Assembly (NCBI GenBank): GCA_038087875.1
Contig: CM075996.1
Span: forward strand, 4,156,001 to 4,220,000
DNA from: Malacoraja senta
Taxonomy: Eukaryota
DNA length: 64,000 nucleotides
Direction: 5' to 3'
Below the pieces are notes generated by a model. It was given only the letters and a program-made list of their open reading frames with translations. It made no database searches and was not told the origin of the DNA. A program made the translations under genes and the position numbers. The stretch's first letter is position 1. Each line of letters opens with the position of its first letter. This document shows, one piece after another, positions 1 through 33,600 of this stretch.

Positions 1-326
1 TGGTGCAACACAAGTGTAAAAGCTAATCCGTGACTGGATGAGGAATGGTCAAGATTATAAATACGATCTCTTTTCTTTTTCTTCTCTTTTCTTCTTTTCT
101 TCTTTTTCTTCTATTTTCTATTTCTTAACTTTCTTCTTTCACTCTCTATTTTTCTTTTTCACACACTGTATATCTCACATTTTTCTATTCTTCATTATCT
201 AACTTCTTTTCTTTTTCTTCTTTATTACAAAATTAAAAAAATAAGAAGCTGTACATAAAATGTATTATGAAAATATGATTGTATACAATTGTACTTACTT
301 CTAATAAAAATAAATAATAAAAAAAA
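1..326 (+). mobile_element. 3' UTR and A-rich tail of a similar L1-like element (partial)
   Basis: Same layout as 7795-8080: T/C-rich tract, cttctaat, AATAAA, A tail. Confidence 0.55.
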
Positions 327-383
327 TTTTTTTTAAAGATGGCGCATGGTATGCCTGTCCTCATCAGTCGGGGCAAGAGTCGA

Positions 384-523
384 CTTCTTCTTGCGTATGG
401 CGTGCCCACAGCCTAAAGTTGTAGGTCGACTTGTTCTATTTGATCTTATTTGATTGTGCACGCCGGGTTGATTGCGTTCGTCGAAACAGGGCGGACCACG
501 TGAAGGTTGCAATCTCCCACCCC
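384..523 (-). mobile_element. Ribozyme-headed retroposon copy
   Basis: Full-length similarity to the other three copies; TSD degenerate. Confidence 0.75.
470..523 (-). ncRNA. HDV-like ribozyme copy (A-C mismatch at the top of P2)
   Basis: Same fold as 58182-58235. Confidence 0.6.
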
Positions 524-699
524 GTATAAGAGTCAAGAGTCAAGGGCAGCAGGGTGGCACAACGGGTAGAGTTACTGCCTTACAATGCTTACAGCGCCAG
601 AGACCCAGGTTCGATCCCGGCCACGGGTGCTTGCCTGTACCTTCTCCCCGTGAACTTCCGTTTCCTCCCACACTCCAAAGACGTACAGGTTTGTAGGGT

Positions 700-1125
700 G
701 GAACTCCCGGTGGCTCAGCACTTCAACTCCCCCTCCCATTCCGTATCTGACCTCTCTGTCCTGGGTGTCCTCCATGGCCACAGCGAGCAACACCGGAAAT
801 TGGAGGAAATGCACCTCATATTCCGCTTGGGCAGTCTACATCCTGGGGGCCTGAACATTGAATTCTCCCAATTCTGCTAGCCCTTGCTGTCCCCTCCCCT
901 TCATCAGCCATCTGGTTGTCTCCTCCCATCCTCCAGCCCTCGGGCTCCTCCTCCGCCTTTTTCCTTTTTTCCTTTCTTCTCCCCACCCCCTATCAGTCTG
1001 AAGAAGGGTTTTGGCCCGAAACGTTGCCTATTTCCTTCGCTCCATAGATGCTGCTGCACCCGCTGAGTTTCTCCAGCATTTTTGTCTACCTTCGATTTTC
1101 CAGCATCTGCAGTTCCTTCTTTAAC
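700..1125 (+). mobile_element. Penelope-like element 3' fragment (GIY-YIG C-terminus plus pLTR) nested in a SINE
   Basis: PVAQHFNSPSHS...[17 protein letters not shown] peptide; 15-bp TSD ACAGGTTTGTAGGGT (685-699, 1126-1140). Confidence 0.85.
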
Positions 1126-1906
1126 ACAGGTTTGTAGGGTTAATTGGTTTGGCTTAAATGTAAAAAAAGGGTCCCTCGTGTACGTCTTTAGTGTTAATGT
1201 GCGGGGATCGTTGGTCGGCACGGACTTGGTAGGTCGAAGGGTCTGTTCCCGCGCTGTATCTCTAAACCTGAACCGTTATGCGCAGGAAGGAACTGCAGAA
1301 TCTGGTTTACACCGAAGACAGACACAAAATGCCGGAGTAACTCAGCGGGACAGGCAGGAAGTTTCGGGTCAATATGTTCTTGTGTGGCCTATATGTATGT
1401 TTATTCTTTTTTTAATTGTGTCTCCTTCGGCTAGCGTTTTAGTTGTCATTTTGTACTTGTACATACACTCACTTTTGTAGAAAGGTGGGAGCCTCAGGTC
1501 GCACGAGCAAGTTGGCGCTGTCCTCTAGCTCCAGTCAGTTGGTCCGCACACATTCAATGAATCCCAGCCTCGCCCGCGAAATTCCCCATTGATTCTCCCG
1601 CTACATATTCTTATAGAGGAAAATCCACCCCCCTTAGAGAAAAAGGAACAATAGCTCCCAACATTGTCCCCAAATAATGCCCCGAACAAAAGCTTTCCAC
1701 TGTACCTCGGTACACGTGACCATAAAATTAAACTCAATAACCTGAAGAAGGGTCTCGACCCTCCTCTGCCTCAGAGGGCGGTGGAGGCCGGTTCTCTGGA
1801 TACATTCAAGAGAGAGCTAGATAGGGCTCTTAAAGATAGCGGAGTCAGGGGATATGGGGAGAAGGCAGGAACGGGGTACTGATTGGGGATGATCAGCCAT
1901 GATCAC

Positions 1907-2131
1907 ATTGAATGGCGATGCTGGCTCGAAGGGCCTAATGGCCTACTCCTGCACCTATTGTCTATTGAATGGTGGTGCTGGCTCGAAGGGCCGAATAGCC
2001 TACTCCTGCACCTATTGTCTATTGAATGGCGGTGCTGGCTCGAAGGGCCGAATAGCCTACTCCTGCACCTATTGTCTATTGAATGGCGGTGCTGGCTCGA
2101 AGGGCCGAATAGCCTACTCCTGCACCTATTT
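1907..2131 (+). repeat. Tandem repeat, 4 x 57 bp, of a CR1 3' terminal segment
   Basis: Units start at 1907, 1964, 2021, 2078. Confidence 0.9.
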
Positions 2132-3003
2132 TCAATGTTTTTATGTTTCTATGACCCAAAACGTCACCTATTCCTTTTCGCCAGAGATGCTGTCTGACCC
2201 ACTGAGTTACTCCAGCATTTTTGCATCTCTCTTCATTGAGCATGGCCCAATCTTAAGGCTCTCTCCCTTCATGCTGGGCTCGCATACCAGTGGAAATAGT
2301 TCCGCTATGAATGCCATCAATAGCTTTAAAGGCTTAATTAAATCAGTCCCTGATCTCTCACATACAAGGGTGCATTGTGCGAGGAACAGTTTCTTCAATG
2401 CTCTCATTCTCAGTCAGCTTGGTCACGGTGGGAACCAACAGCAAGTCTCCAGAATGGAAGATAGACACAAAAAGCTGGAGTAACTCAGCGGGACAGGCGG
2501 CATCTCTGGGGAGAAGGAATGGGTGACGTTTGGGTTCAAGACCCTTCTTCAGTCTGACGCCCGTCCCGCTGAGTTACTCCAAAGCTTTTTGCGTCTATCT
2601 TCGGTTTAAACCGGCATCTGCCGATCACTTCCCACACAGGTAGGTCCAGAATAGCTTATGTTTGGTTTCAGGATAAATTTAAGCTCTTGATTAGCCACAG
2701 CTTCAAGCGCATCCGGTTCTGATGACAAGGATTCGAGAGACTGTCAGCGTCAGCTGTCAGGAGGTGCAAGGAACGAGGGCAAGATGAACCAGCTGTGCTC
2801 GGATGCAAGGCCCAGCATCCACAGTACTGTCTGCGTCGACCCTTTCTGGTCTGACATCCCCAGTCATAGAATCATAGAGCAATACTGTGTGGAAACAGGT
2901 CCTTCTGAAAAGATGAAGGCCTGTGGAGTCACCCAGTGCCCAAGCTAATATTCACCTGCCAGCCAACATCACATTAGATAAGCTTCCATTGATCAACTGT
3001 ACA

Positions 3004-4088
3004 CTCAAACCTTTTGGGCTTTGTATGAACAATGAAATGGAATGGAGAATTAAAGAAATAGTCTGGAAGTTTTGGATCACTCTTGTGGACGGAACTGAAC
3101 TGTTCTTCATTATGGGGATGGTACAGGGAAAACACAAATACAAATACACACACAGGCAATGATGGTCCAATTCTTCACGGCCATCGTAGAGTCTGTCCTC
3201 ACCTTCTCCATCATGGTCTGGTTTGGCTCAGCCACCAAGCACGACATCCGGAGGCTGCAGCGAATCGTCCGATCAGCTGAGAAGGTTATTGGTTGCAACC
3301 TCCCCTCCATTGACGAACTGCATATTGCAAGGGCCAGGAAGCGAGCGGGTAAGATCATCTCTGACCGCTCGCACCCTGGCCACAAACTCTTTGAATCACT
3401 TCCCTCTGGAAGGCGACTCCGGACTGTCAAAGCTGCCAGACAGACATAAAAACAACTTTTTTCCACGAGTGGTTGCGCTACTCAACCAAAAATCTGTAGC
3501 CTCCTTTTGCTCTGGTATTTTATTTAATTCAAATGTTTAATCGATAATGTTTTATTATTAACTAGACCAAGTGCAGACCCGTTGGGTCTGGATCCCGAGC
3601 GTGCTTCAGACCCCGGGGCGAAAATCGCTAGCGAAAGAAAAAAAATGGCGTTGTTTTTGGAGCAGAGCCGGTTGGCAGCAGCCGTTATGGTGGCTGGCCA
3701 GCAGGAGGAGACAAAATGAGTGAGTGGAGGGGGGGGGGGGAGAAGGATTTTATTAAAAATGTCTACATAAACACGACGAAATTTAATCAGGAGTGGATAC
3801 TTGGAATGAAAAGTGAAATCTCTACCGAAATGGAAAAAATCTCGGCGTTTCTGCGTGTGGTGTTGGCGTAGCAACAAATCAAAGGCTGGCTGGCACCCAC
3901 AAGACAGGCAGAAACACACACACACAGACAGGCAGACACACACACAGTTTTAAATATATAGATGTCTACTGTTTTATGTGTCATTCCTAACTGCCACTGT
4001 ATGTCATGTTGTCACTTGCGGGCAGAGCACCAAGGCAAATTCCTTGTATGTGAATACTTGGCCAATAAACTTATTCATTCATTCATTT
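3004..4088 (+). mobile_element. Rex1/Babar-derived short element (unique 5' leader, ORF C-terminus, (CATT)n tail), interrupted by the Helitron
   Basis: ORF 3159-3449 ([20 protein letters not shown]...[18 protein letters not shown]) is typical of the Rex1 C-terminus; second copy at 47660-48337. Confidence 0.8.
3562..3962 (-). mobile_element. Non-autonomous Helitron (401 bp)
   Basis: On the minus strand: 5' TC, 3' CTAG, inserted between A and T with no TSD; hairpin CAGACCC-3nt-GGGTCTG (3574-3590) 12 nt from the 3' end; TG/TCTG microsatellite near the 5' end. Confidence 0.85.
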
Positions 4089-4725
4089 CAGTCAGAGAAA
4101 TGGGTCCATCACATTTGGGGAGCCTGCAGCTCCACATTTCCTTCATTGTGAGTCACACAGCACAGAAACATGCCTTCCGCCCTAACTTGTCCATGCCAAC
4201 CAAGATGCCCCATCTAAGTGAGTCCCATTTCCCTGCATTTAGTTCAGATCAGAGATGTAGTGCAGAAACAGGTCCTTCGACCCACCGAGTCTGTGCCAAC
4301 CATCGATCAACTACTAACACTATCCTTGGGACAATTTACAATTATACCAAGCCAATTAGCCTGCAAACCTGTACGTCTTTGGAGTGTGGGAGGCAAACCA
4401 GGGCTCCCGCACAAAACCCACGCAGGTCACGGGGAGAACGTACAAACCCCCGTTCATACAGCACCTGTGGTCGGGATCGAACCTGGGTCGCTGGCGCTGT
4501 AAGGCAGCAACTCCACCACTACACCAGTGAAGTAGCATTGATGGGCCTGCCAGGATGAACCCCAATGGGCCAAATGGCCTTCTGTACCACCGAGCTTCAT
4601 CCGGCCCAAATCTTAGTTTTGAACTTTGACTTCCAGAAAACCACACAATTCGTACTTTCAACACAGTCCCTGCAGAAAGAAAACTGCCCACGTAGAGAAT
4701 TCCAGAGACAAGAACAATCTCCCAT

Positions 4726-4731
4726 TTTATT
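4726..4731 (-). terminator. Candidate polyadenylation signal AATAAA for the protease gene (3' UTR about 1.9 kb)
   Basis: AATAAA on the minus strand in an AT-rich patch, followed by GT-rich ttgttcttgtctct; another AATAAA at 5170-5175. Confidence 0.4.
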
Positions 4732-6655
4732 CTTTTAATTTAATATACAATCAGCAGACAGTTTTTTGATCAAATGAGAACCTTGCGTCACGGGGTCGTT
4801 CTCTGCCACATTACCGTCAATCGGCAATTGAAAGATTTAGGCAAAGCTTTCTTAAACGTGGGAGGGGGATGGGGCGAAACAAGCAGAACCTGGAACTGCA
4901 TTATAAATACAAAGCAGAAATCCAATGGGAACTCAGTAGAATTTCAGAGTGGAAATCCTTGCTTTGAAAAACTGCGCAAGGATAAGGGGATGTGGGAGAG
5001 AGTGAGGAGGAGGTAATCATTGACAGACCAAGATGGGAGGAAGTTGATGGAGTTTAAACACCAGCATTGACTCGATGGGCCGAATGGCCCTACTCCATTG
5101 AAAACTTCCAACTTTTTTTTTGGTTAAATTGGCCTCTAAACGACTCCTAACAAATACTCCCAACAATTATTTATTCCACGTTCAAAGAACTTAATCGCAC
5201 TACTTATTCAAAAAACTTCGAACGGCAAAGTACTTAATGTCCGAGGCAATGTCATCGCAACTTCTCTCAAAACCCAAACTAACAAACTGCTGTGAACGAG
5301 GGGGAGAAAGCAGGAGCTATGAAGGGCAGGGGCATGGTCTGTTGCCTCAGGAGCATGTCATGGGTGGTGTCCTGGATCATTCAAGGAGAAATTTGCTACG
5401 AAGGAATTTTTAACAATTTTATTCCTGTACTTCCACACATCATTTCAGCCCTTGGAACCCCGAACATGGAGAGCAGTCTGTAGGAAACCTCACATATACA
5501 CAGAGAGCATGTCTAAGTCAAGGCTAAACCACCATCAGCAACTTAGTGTAGGAAGGAACTGCAGATGCAGGTATACACCGGAGATAAGACACAAAATGCT
5601 GGAGTAACTCAGCGGGTCAGGCAGCATCTGTGGAGAGAAGGAATGGGCGACGCTCTGGGTCGAGACCCTTCCTCAGACCGAGTGTCACAGAGTCTGAAGA
5701 AGGGTCTCGACCTGAAACATCACCAATTCCTCCTCGCCAAGAGATGATGCCTGACCCGCTGAGTTACTCCAGCATTTTGTGTCTGATCATCAACTTAGAT
5801 ATTGCTTGCAGATTATTTTCACCAAATTCCAAGTGGAGATGAAGTCAAGAATGTCTTTAACTGTGCGGGAAGGAACTGCAGGTGCTGGTTCGGACAGCAT
5901 CGCCGATTCCTTTTCTCCAAAGATGCTGTCTGACCCGCTGAGTTACACCAGCGGTTTTGTGTCATTCTCTTTAATTGCCCTTGGCCTCACCCCCCAAACC
6001 TTTTGGGTCCAACCAAGGGTAAAATGGAGACCAAGAGACAGGTGTCCGTGACAGATGGAGCCTGGTAGACAAATCACTCCAAGGACTCGCATCTGGCCAA
6101 GCAAACCAGGGCAAGGTAGGTTCAAGACCCAGACGTCGTCTGGCTCTGGGTAACAAATGTGGAAAGATACATTTACTGACTATAGTGACCAGGGCAGGAT
6201 GAGGAAGGTGTGTGTGTTGGGGGGGGGGGGGGGGGTAGACCAAGTGCATCAACACTCACACTGTGGTTCAAGATGACTTTCACTTCCAATACAAAGAAAA
6301 TGGGATCTGGCGTGTTTGGGGAGGGAGGAGGAGGAGAGTTTTATGTTAAGAGGAGTAAATTTATCAGCAAATGCCTTTGGTGTGAACTCCAAAGATGACG
6401 TGTGACTGCCTGTAAACTCAGGCCTTAGATATCAGTGCTAACCAAGGGATCAATGGCCAATAGCCACCGGGCTAGTGTGAAGTCCATTCACTCAGAGGGT
6501 GGGGGGGGCGAAGGGTCGTGGAGGTGTGGCGTTCAAAAGGTTAGATGTCGGTAGGGTCAGAGTTACTGATAGCCTAAAAATTAGACACACACACACAAAA
6601 TAGGGTCTTGGTGCAGATTCAGAAGACTACTCCCCTCTCTCTCCTGGGGGAATCT

Positions 6656-28061
<21,406 letters not shown>

Positions 28062-28164
28062 AGTTGGTGGCCTTTGATCCAAGAAAGTATAAGAGGAGTC
28101 TAATGGAAGAAATCGACAAGCGGCTCCAGAATGATACAAGCGCCCTTTGATACAGTATCGCTAC

Positions 28165-28296
28165 TATGGGCGGATCCGCAGCGCTGATTGGCCGCGCCCG
28201 CTGTCGATCAACCTCTAACATGTGACAACGCTCGGAGGGGGGCGGGCTCTCGGTGGTCACGTGACGCCACCCCAGTCATATGATGGGTCATGCGAC
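28165..28296 (-). promoter_or_regulatory. Protease promoter: CLEAR palindrome GTCACGTGAC (28256-28265), extra E-box-like motifs, GC boxes (28168-28173, ~28238-28246), CCAAT (28187-28191)
   Basis: Motifs read directly in a CpG-rich patch 100-230 bp upstream of the ATG. Confidence 0.75.
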
Positions 28297-28822
28297 TGCC
28301 ACATGGTTCCCCTTTCCAAAGCAATGCATCCTTACCAGCATTTAATAATAATACATTTTATTTATGGGCGCCTTTCAAAAGTCTCAAGGACACCTTACAA
28401 AGTTTAACAAATAGTGTAGGAACATGTAAGCGGAATGAAATAAATAGCAAAGACATCACCAGTACACAAATTAAAGATAGAATTAAATCCAAAAACAAAA
28501 AAAAATCAAAAACACAATATGGAAGAGAGAGCAGCGGCTGCTAAAGCGCGCCAGCGTCCACTCTCCCTTCCGACCGCCATCTTGGACATAGACTAACATA
28601 GACACTACACATTACACACAAAATCATCCCCCCACAATGATTACCACTGTGGGGGAAGGCACAATGTCCAGTCCCCAACCCCAGTTCACCCAAAGTCAGG
28701 CCTATTGAGGCCTCCACAGTTGCCTCTACGGAGGCCCAATGTTCCTGGCCGTTCTCGCCGGGTGCAGTTGTCCCGGCGTCGGGAGAGCCCTCACAGCGGC
28801 TGGGACGGCTGGGACGGCCGAT

Positions 28823-29281
28823 CAAAGATCCTATAGCAAGCAAGATAGATCACTCGACTAAAAAGACGTAGTACGGTGCATGGGCAGATTCATGGGTCAT
28901 TTTCGGCCCCCATTTCCGTAACCGGCTTCCGTCTCCGCACCAAAGGTCCCTTAGTCAAGTCAAGTCACATTTATTTATATAGCACATTTAAAAAACAACT
29001 CTCGTTGGCCATAGCGGAGCAAAGATACTAGTGCGGAGACGGAAGCCGGTTACGGAAACATCCTCGTAATAATAAAAGTTCTTTGGTAAAAATCTTCTCA
29101 TTTTCAGAATTATAATTTATTAACACAAGCTGTTCCCCCGCAATGTTGATTACACTGAGAGTCGGGTCGGGTTACTGAAATGGATGAAAAAAAGGGCCCA
29201 CGTTACGCTCCGTTGCGTACTACACGTCAGCCCATTGCATTTAGCAGGAGTGGTCTATCCTGCTCCGCTATAGGATCTTTG
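28823..29281. mobile_element. MITE with CAAAGATCCTATAGC termini and apparent 2-bp AT TSD; superfamily uncertain
   Basis: ~40-bp imperfect TIRs plus an internal 28-bp inverted repeat (28913-28940, 29031-29058). Confidence 0.7.
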
Positions 29282-30441
29282 ATTGCAATGATATCACAGT
29301 TGCACAGAGAAATATGCTGGAGGTACACATCAGCGGGTGAGGCAGCATCTATGGAGCGAAGGAATAGATGACGTTTCGGGTCGAAACCTCACCTATTCCT
29401 TCGCTCCATAGATGCTGCCTCACCCGCTGAGTAACTCCAGCATTTCTGTCTGCCTTCGATTTTTCCAGCATCTATCAGGAAGTTTCTTCTTAAACAGTTG
29501 CACAGGGACATTCTTTGCAACCAAGTAAAGACACAAAAAGCTGGAATGACCTACCCTGCAGGGATACAGGCAGCATCTCTGGAGAGAAGGAACGGGGTGA
29601 CATTTCGGGTGTAGACCCTTCTTCAGACTCAGCAGGGAAAAAAAAAATCCCCACGTTGGGGGAGTCCAGAACCGGGGGGAGTCACACAGTTTAAGAATAA
29701 GGAGAAGGCCTGGGATGAGGAAAAACTTTTTCATCCACAGAGTTGTGAATCTGTGGAATACTCTGCCACAGAAGGCAGAGGGGGACATTTCACTGGATGT
29801 ATTCAAGAGAGAGTTGGATAGAGCTCTTAGGGTTAACGGAATCAAGGGATATGGGAAGAAAGCAGGAACGGGGTACTAATTCTGGATGATCAGCCATGAT
29901 CATATTGAATGGTGGTGCTGGCTTGAAGCACCGAATGGCCTACTCCTGCACATATTTTCTATGTTTCCATGAAACGTCACCCATTCCTTCCCTCCAGAGA
30001 TGCCACCTGTCCTGCTGAGTTACCCCAGCTTTTTGTATCTATCTTCGTTTTAAACCAGCATCTGCAGTTCCTACGCATTTTGTATGCACCAAGTAAACGT
30101 GTTTCATCAGACCTCGTTGACAGCATAAGACCGAGAATGATCCCAGGATTGAGTGGGTATGATGAGCGTTTGTCGGCGCTGGGCCTGTACTCGCTGGATT
30201 TATAAGAATGAGGGGGGACCTCATTGAAACTTACCGAATAGTGAAAGGCTTGGATAGAATGGATGTGGAGAGGATGTTTACTCTTGTGGGAGTGTCTAGG
30301 ACCAGAGATCATAGTCTCAGAATTAAAGGATGTTCCTTTAGGAATTTCTTTAGTCAGAAATAGTGAATCTGTGGAATTCTTTGCCACAGAAAGCTGTGGA
30401 GTCCAAGTCAATGGATATTTTTAAGGCAGAGATAGATTCTT

Positions 30442-30666
30442 AGGTACACAAAAATGCTGGAGAAACTCAGCGGGTGCAGCAGCATCAATGGAGCGAAGGA
30501 AATAGGCAACGTTTCGGGCCGAAACCCTTTTTTCAGTCTGAAGAAGGGTTTCGGCCCGAAACGTTGCCTATTTCCTTCGCTCCATAGATGCTGCTGCACC
30601 CGCTGAGTTTCTCCAGCATTTTTGTGTACCTTCGATTTTCCAGCATCTGCAGTTCCTTCTTAAACA
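30442..30666. mobile_element. Penelope-derived fold-back insertion (two ~95-bp inverted arms) inside a CR1 3' end
   Basis: Near-perfect inverted repeat centred at ~30537; 15-bp TSD CAGAGATAGATTCTT (30427-30441, 30667-30681). Confidence 0.8.
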
Positions 30667-31741
30667 CAGAGATAGATTCTTGTTTAGTAAGGGCGTCAAG
30701 GGTTATGGGAAGAATGGCAGGAGAATGGGGTTGAGAGGGAGAGATAAATCTGCCATGATTGAATGGCGGAGAACAATTGATGGCCGAATGGCCAGATTCT
30801 GTTCCTATCACTTATGACATGCAATAAGAGCAGTGTAGGAAGGAACTGCACACGCTGGTTTAAACTGGAGACGGACACAAAAAGATGGAGTAACTCAGCA
30901 AGTCAGGCAGCATTTCTGGAGAAAAGGAGTGGGTGACATTTCGGGTCGAGACCCAAAACGTCACCTATTCCTTTTCTCCAGAGATGCTGCCTGCCCTGCT
31001 GGGTTACCCCGTGCGGTCACGGGGAGATTGTGCAAACTCAGCACAGACAGCACCTGTGGTCAGGATCGAACCCTGGTCTCTGGCTCTCCCGCTGCGCCAC
31101 TGTGCCACCCACTATTCCCTTAATTTTTCCCCTCCCAACCCTCTTTGGTTTTCTACCTAAAACTTGACAAAGAAGTTAAATCTGGTTAACTTATCTAATC
31201 CTTGGATCACTGCTTCGGAAGGCTGAAGGTCCTGATTCCACGCTCTAAAAAATCAGACAGGAAAACTAATGGAGGCCATTCGGCCCATTGTGACTGTGCC
31301 TGTTGAAAAACGGCTACTCACCCTTGTAACCTTCCAGCATTGGACTCCTAACACTGCAGGTCATGATTCTACAAGTAAATAGCCATTGTTGAGGTTCTAC
31401 ATCTAGGGGCCTTTCAAGTAACAAATTCCAGGCACCATGCAGCTTTTTATCCTATACTTTTTCTGATGCATCTGTTTATATCAACACTTCATTTAATCAG
31501 TATCGACATACCAGGTTGTCAAAATTAATAAACCAAGATTATGGTTGTCTGTGTGGGCATATATTATCATGATTGATAGTGGATTGTATTATCGATTTTT
31601 CTTCATGGATTTCCAAATGTCTGTTGAGAAACCTGTAGATGAACAATTTCAAAGAAAAAGAATAACAGGAATCGCAAAATGGAAAAATGAGTTTTTATTA
31701 TTGGAACATTCCATAATAAATAACCCAGCGAGCCTGATCGA

Positions 31742-32110
31742 ATGGTGAAAGGCCTGGATAGAGTGGATGTGGAGAGGATGTTTCCACTAGTGGGAGAGTC
31801 TACATCCAGAGGTCATAGCCTCAGAATTAAAGGACATTCCTTTAGGAAGGGGATGAGGAGGAATTTCTTTAAGCAGAGGGTGGTGAATCTGTGGAATTCT
31901 TTGCCACAGAAGGCTGTGGAGGCCAAGTCAATTGATATTTTTAAGGCAGAGATAGATAGATTCTTGATTAATATGGATGTCAGGGGTTATGGGGTGAAGG
32001 CAGGAGAATGGGGTTAGGAGGGAGAGATAGATCAGCCATGATTGAATGTCGGAGTAGACTTGATGGGCTGAATGGCCTAATTCTGCTCCCATCCCTTATG
32101 AACTTATGAA
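31742..32110 (+). mobile_element. CR1-clade LINE 3' end
   Basis: [26 protein letters not shown]...[14 protein letters not shown]. Confidence 0.8.
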
Positions 32111-33199
32111 CCCCCTTATCATTGACACCTAAAGCAAGCAATCTCTCAGGACCAAACACTTTGAACCATAAAACACCAGTAACCGTAGATAGTTAGGGAG
32201 AAATAATGTCGTGACAGTTGCTTTATTCTTAACAAATTGTTCCTTCTTAACAAGACTGGTAAACTGGTCCGGCAATTGAAATGCCTTTTCTTTCTTGTTC
32301 ATGTTGGTGGCTTATTGGAAGGAGTCACGCAAGGAGTGTAAATTATTGAGCAGCCCAGCTGGGTAACACGCGATGTCTGTTGTGTGTCTGCCCTTGTCTT
32401 ACACAGCTGCCTCTTTGGATGGTGCTACCTTTGAAACCACTTTCCCAGCCTCACCCATGGGGACAATACAAGCTTCAGCATCCTCAGGGCAGCACGGTGG
32501 AGCTGCTGCCTCACAGCGCCAGAGACCCCGGTTCGATCCTGACTATGTCTGTACAGAGTTTGTACGTAATCCCGTGTGACCTGCGTGGGTTATCTCCGGG
32601 AGCTCCGGTTTCCTCCCACCTCCCAAAGACGTACAGGTTTGGAGGTTAATTGGCTTGGTAAAATTGTAAAAATCATCCTGAGTGTGTGTGTAGGTTAGGG
32701 TTAGTGTGAGGGGATCGCTGGTCACTGGGGACTGGATGGGCCGAAGGGCCTGTTACCGCGCTGTATCTCTAAATTAAACTGAACAAATCCTTTTTCTAAT
32801 CTTAAAATTTGGGAAGAGTGCAGTGCAGTGCAGATGTCATCTTTTGTAAAGGCACATGGTGAAAATCTATTGAGTTTGAGTTTGGTTTATTGTCACGTGT
32901 ACCGAGGTAAAGTGAAAAGCTTTTGTTGCGTGCTAACCAGTAAGAGAAAGACAACACATGATTACAATCAAGCTATCCACAGTGCACAGACACATGATCA
33001 AGGGAATAACGTGAATAAAGTTTAGTGCAAGATAAAGCTAATAAGTTCCGGTCAAATATAGCTCTTAAAGATAGCGGAATCAAGGAATATGGGGAGAAGG
33101 CAGGAACGGGGTACTGATTGTGGATGATCAGCCATGATCCCATTGAATGGCGGTGCTGGCTGGAAGGGCCGAATGGCCTACTCCTGCACCTATTGTCTA

Positions 33200-33600
33200 T
33201 TACACTCCCTCAATAGCAATAATGTCCTTCCTCAAATTAAGAGACCAAAATTGCACACAATACTCCAGGTGCGGTCTCACCAGGGCCCTGTATAACTGCA
33301 GTAGGACCTCCTTGCTCCTAAACTCAAATCCTCTTGCAACAAAGGCCAACATGTCATTAGCTTTCTTCACTGCCTGCTGTACCTGCATGCTTACTTTCAG
33401 TCACTGATGTGCAAGCACACCCAGGTCTCGTTGCACTTCCCCTTTTCCAAATCTGCCCTCCTGTTCTTGCCACCAAAGTGTATAACCTCACATTTACCCA
33501 CATTATACTGCATCTGCCCACTCACCCAACCTATCCAAACTACCCTGAAACCTGATAGCAGCTCACACTGCCACCCAGCCTTGTGTCATCTGCAAATATT
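33200..33600 (-). mobile_element. CR1-clade LINE ORF2 fragment
   Basis: [42 protein letters not shown]. Confidence 0.8.

Noticed and set aside
1899..2483. 194-aa ORF with repeats, and a CRISPR-like look to the 57-bp array
   Set aside because: Contiguous CR1 3' UTR units with no spacers, in vertebrate DNA with no cas genes.
32884..32915. Other GTCACGTG E-boxes (also near 1712, 21581, 23477)
   Set aside because: Part of a dispersed repeat tail (TTTATTGTCACGTGTACCGAGG), so not evidence of dedicated regulatory sites.
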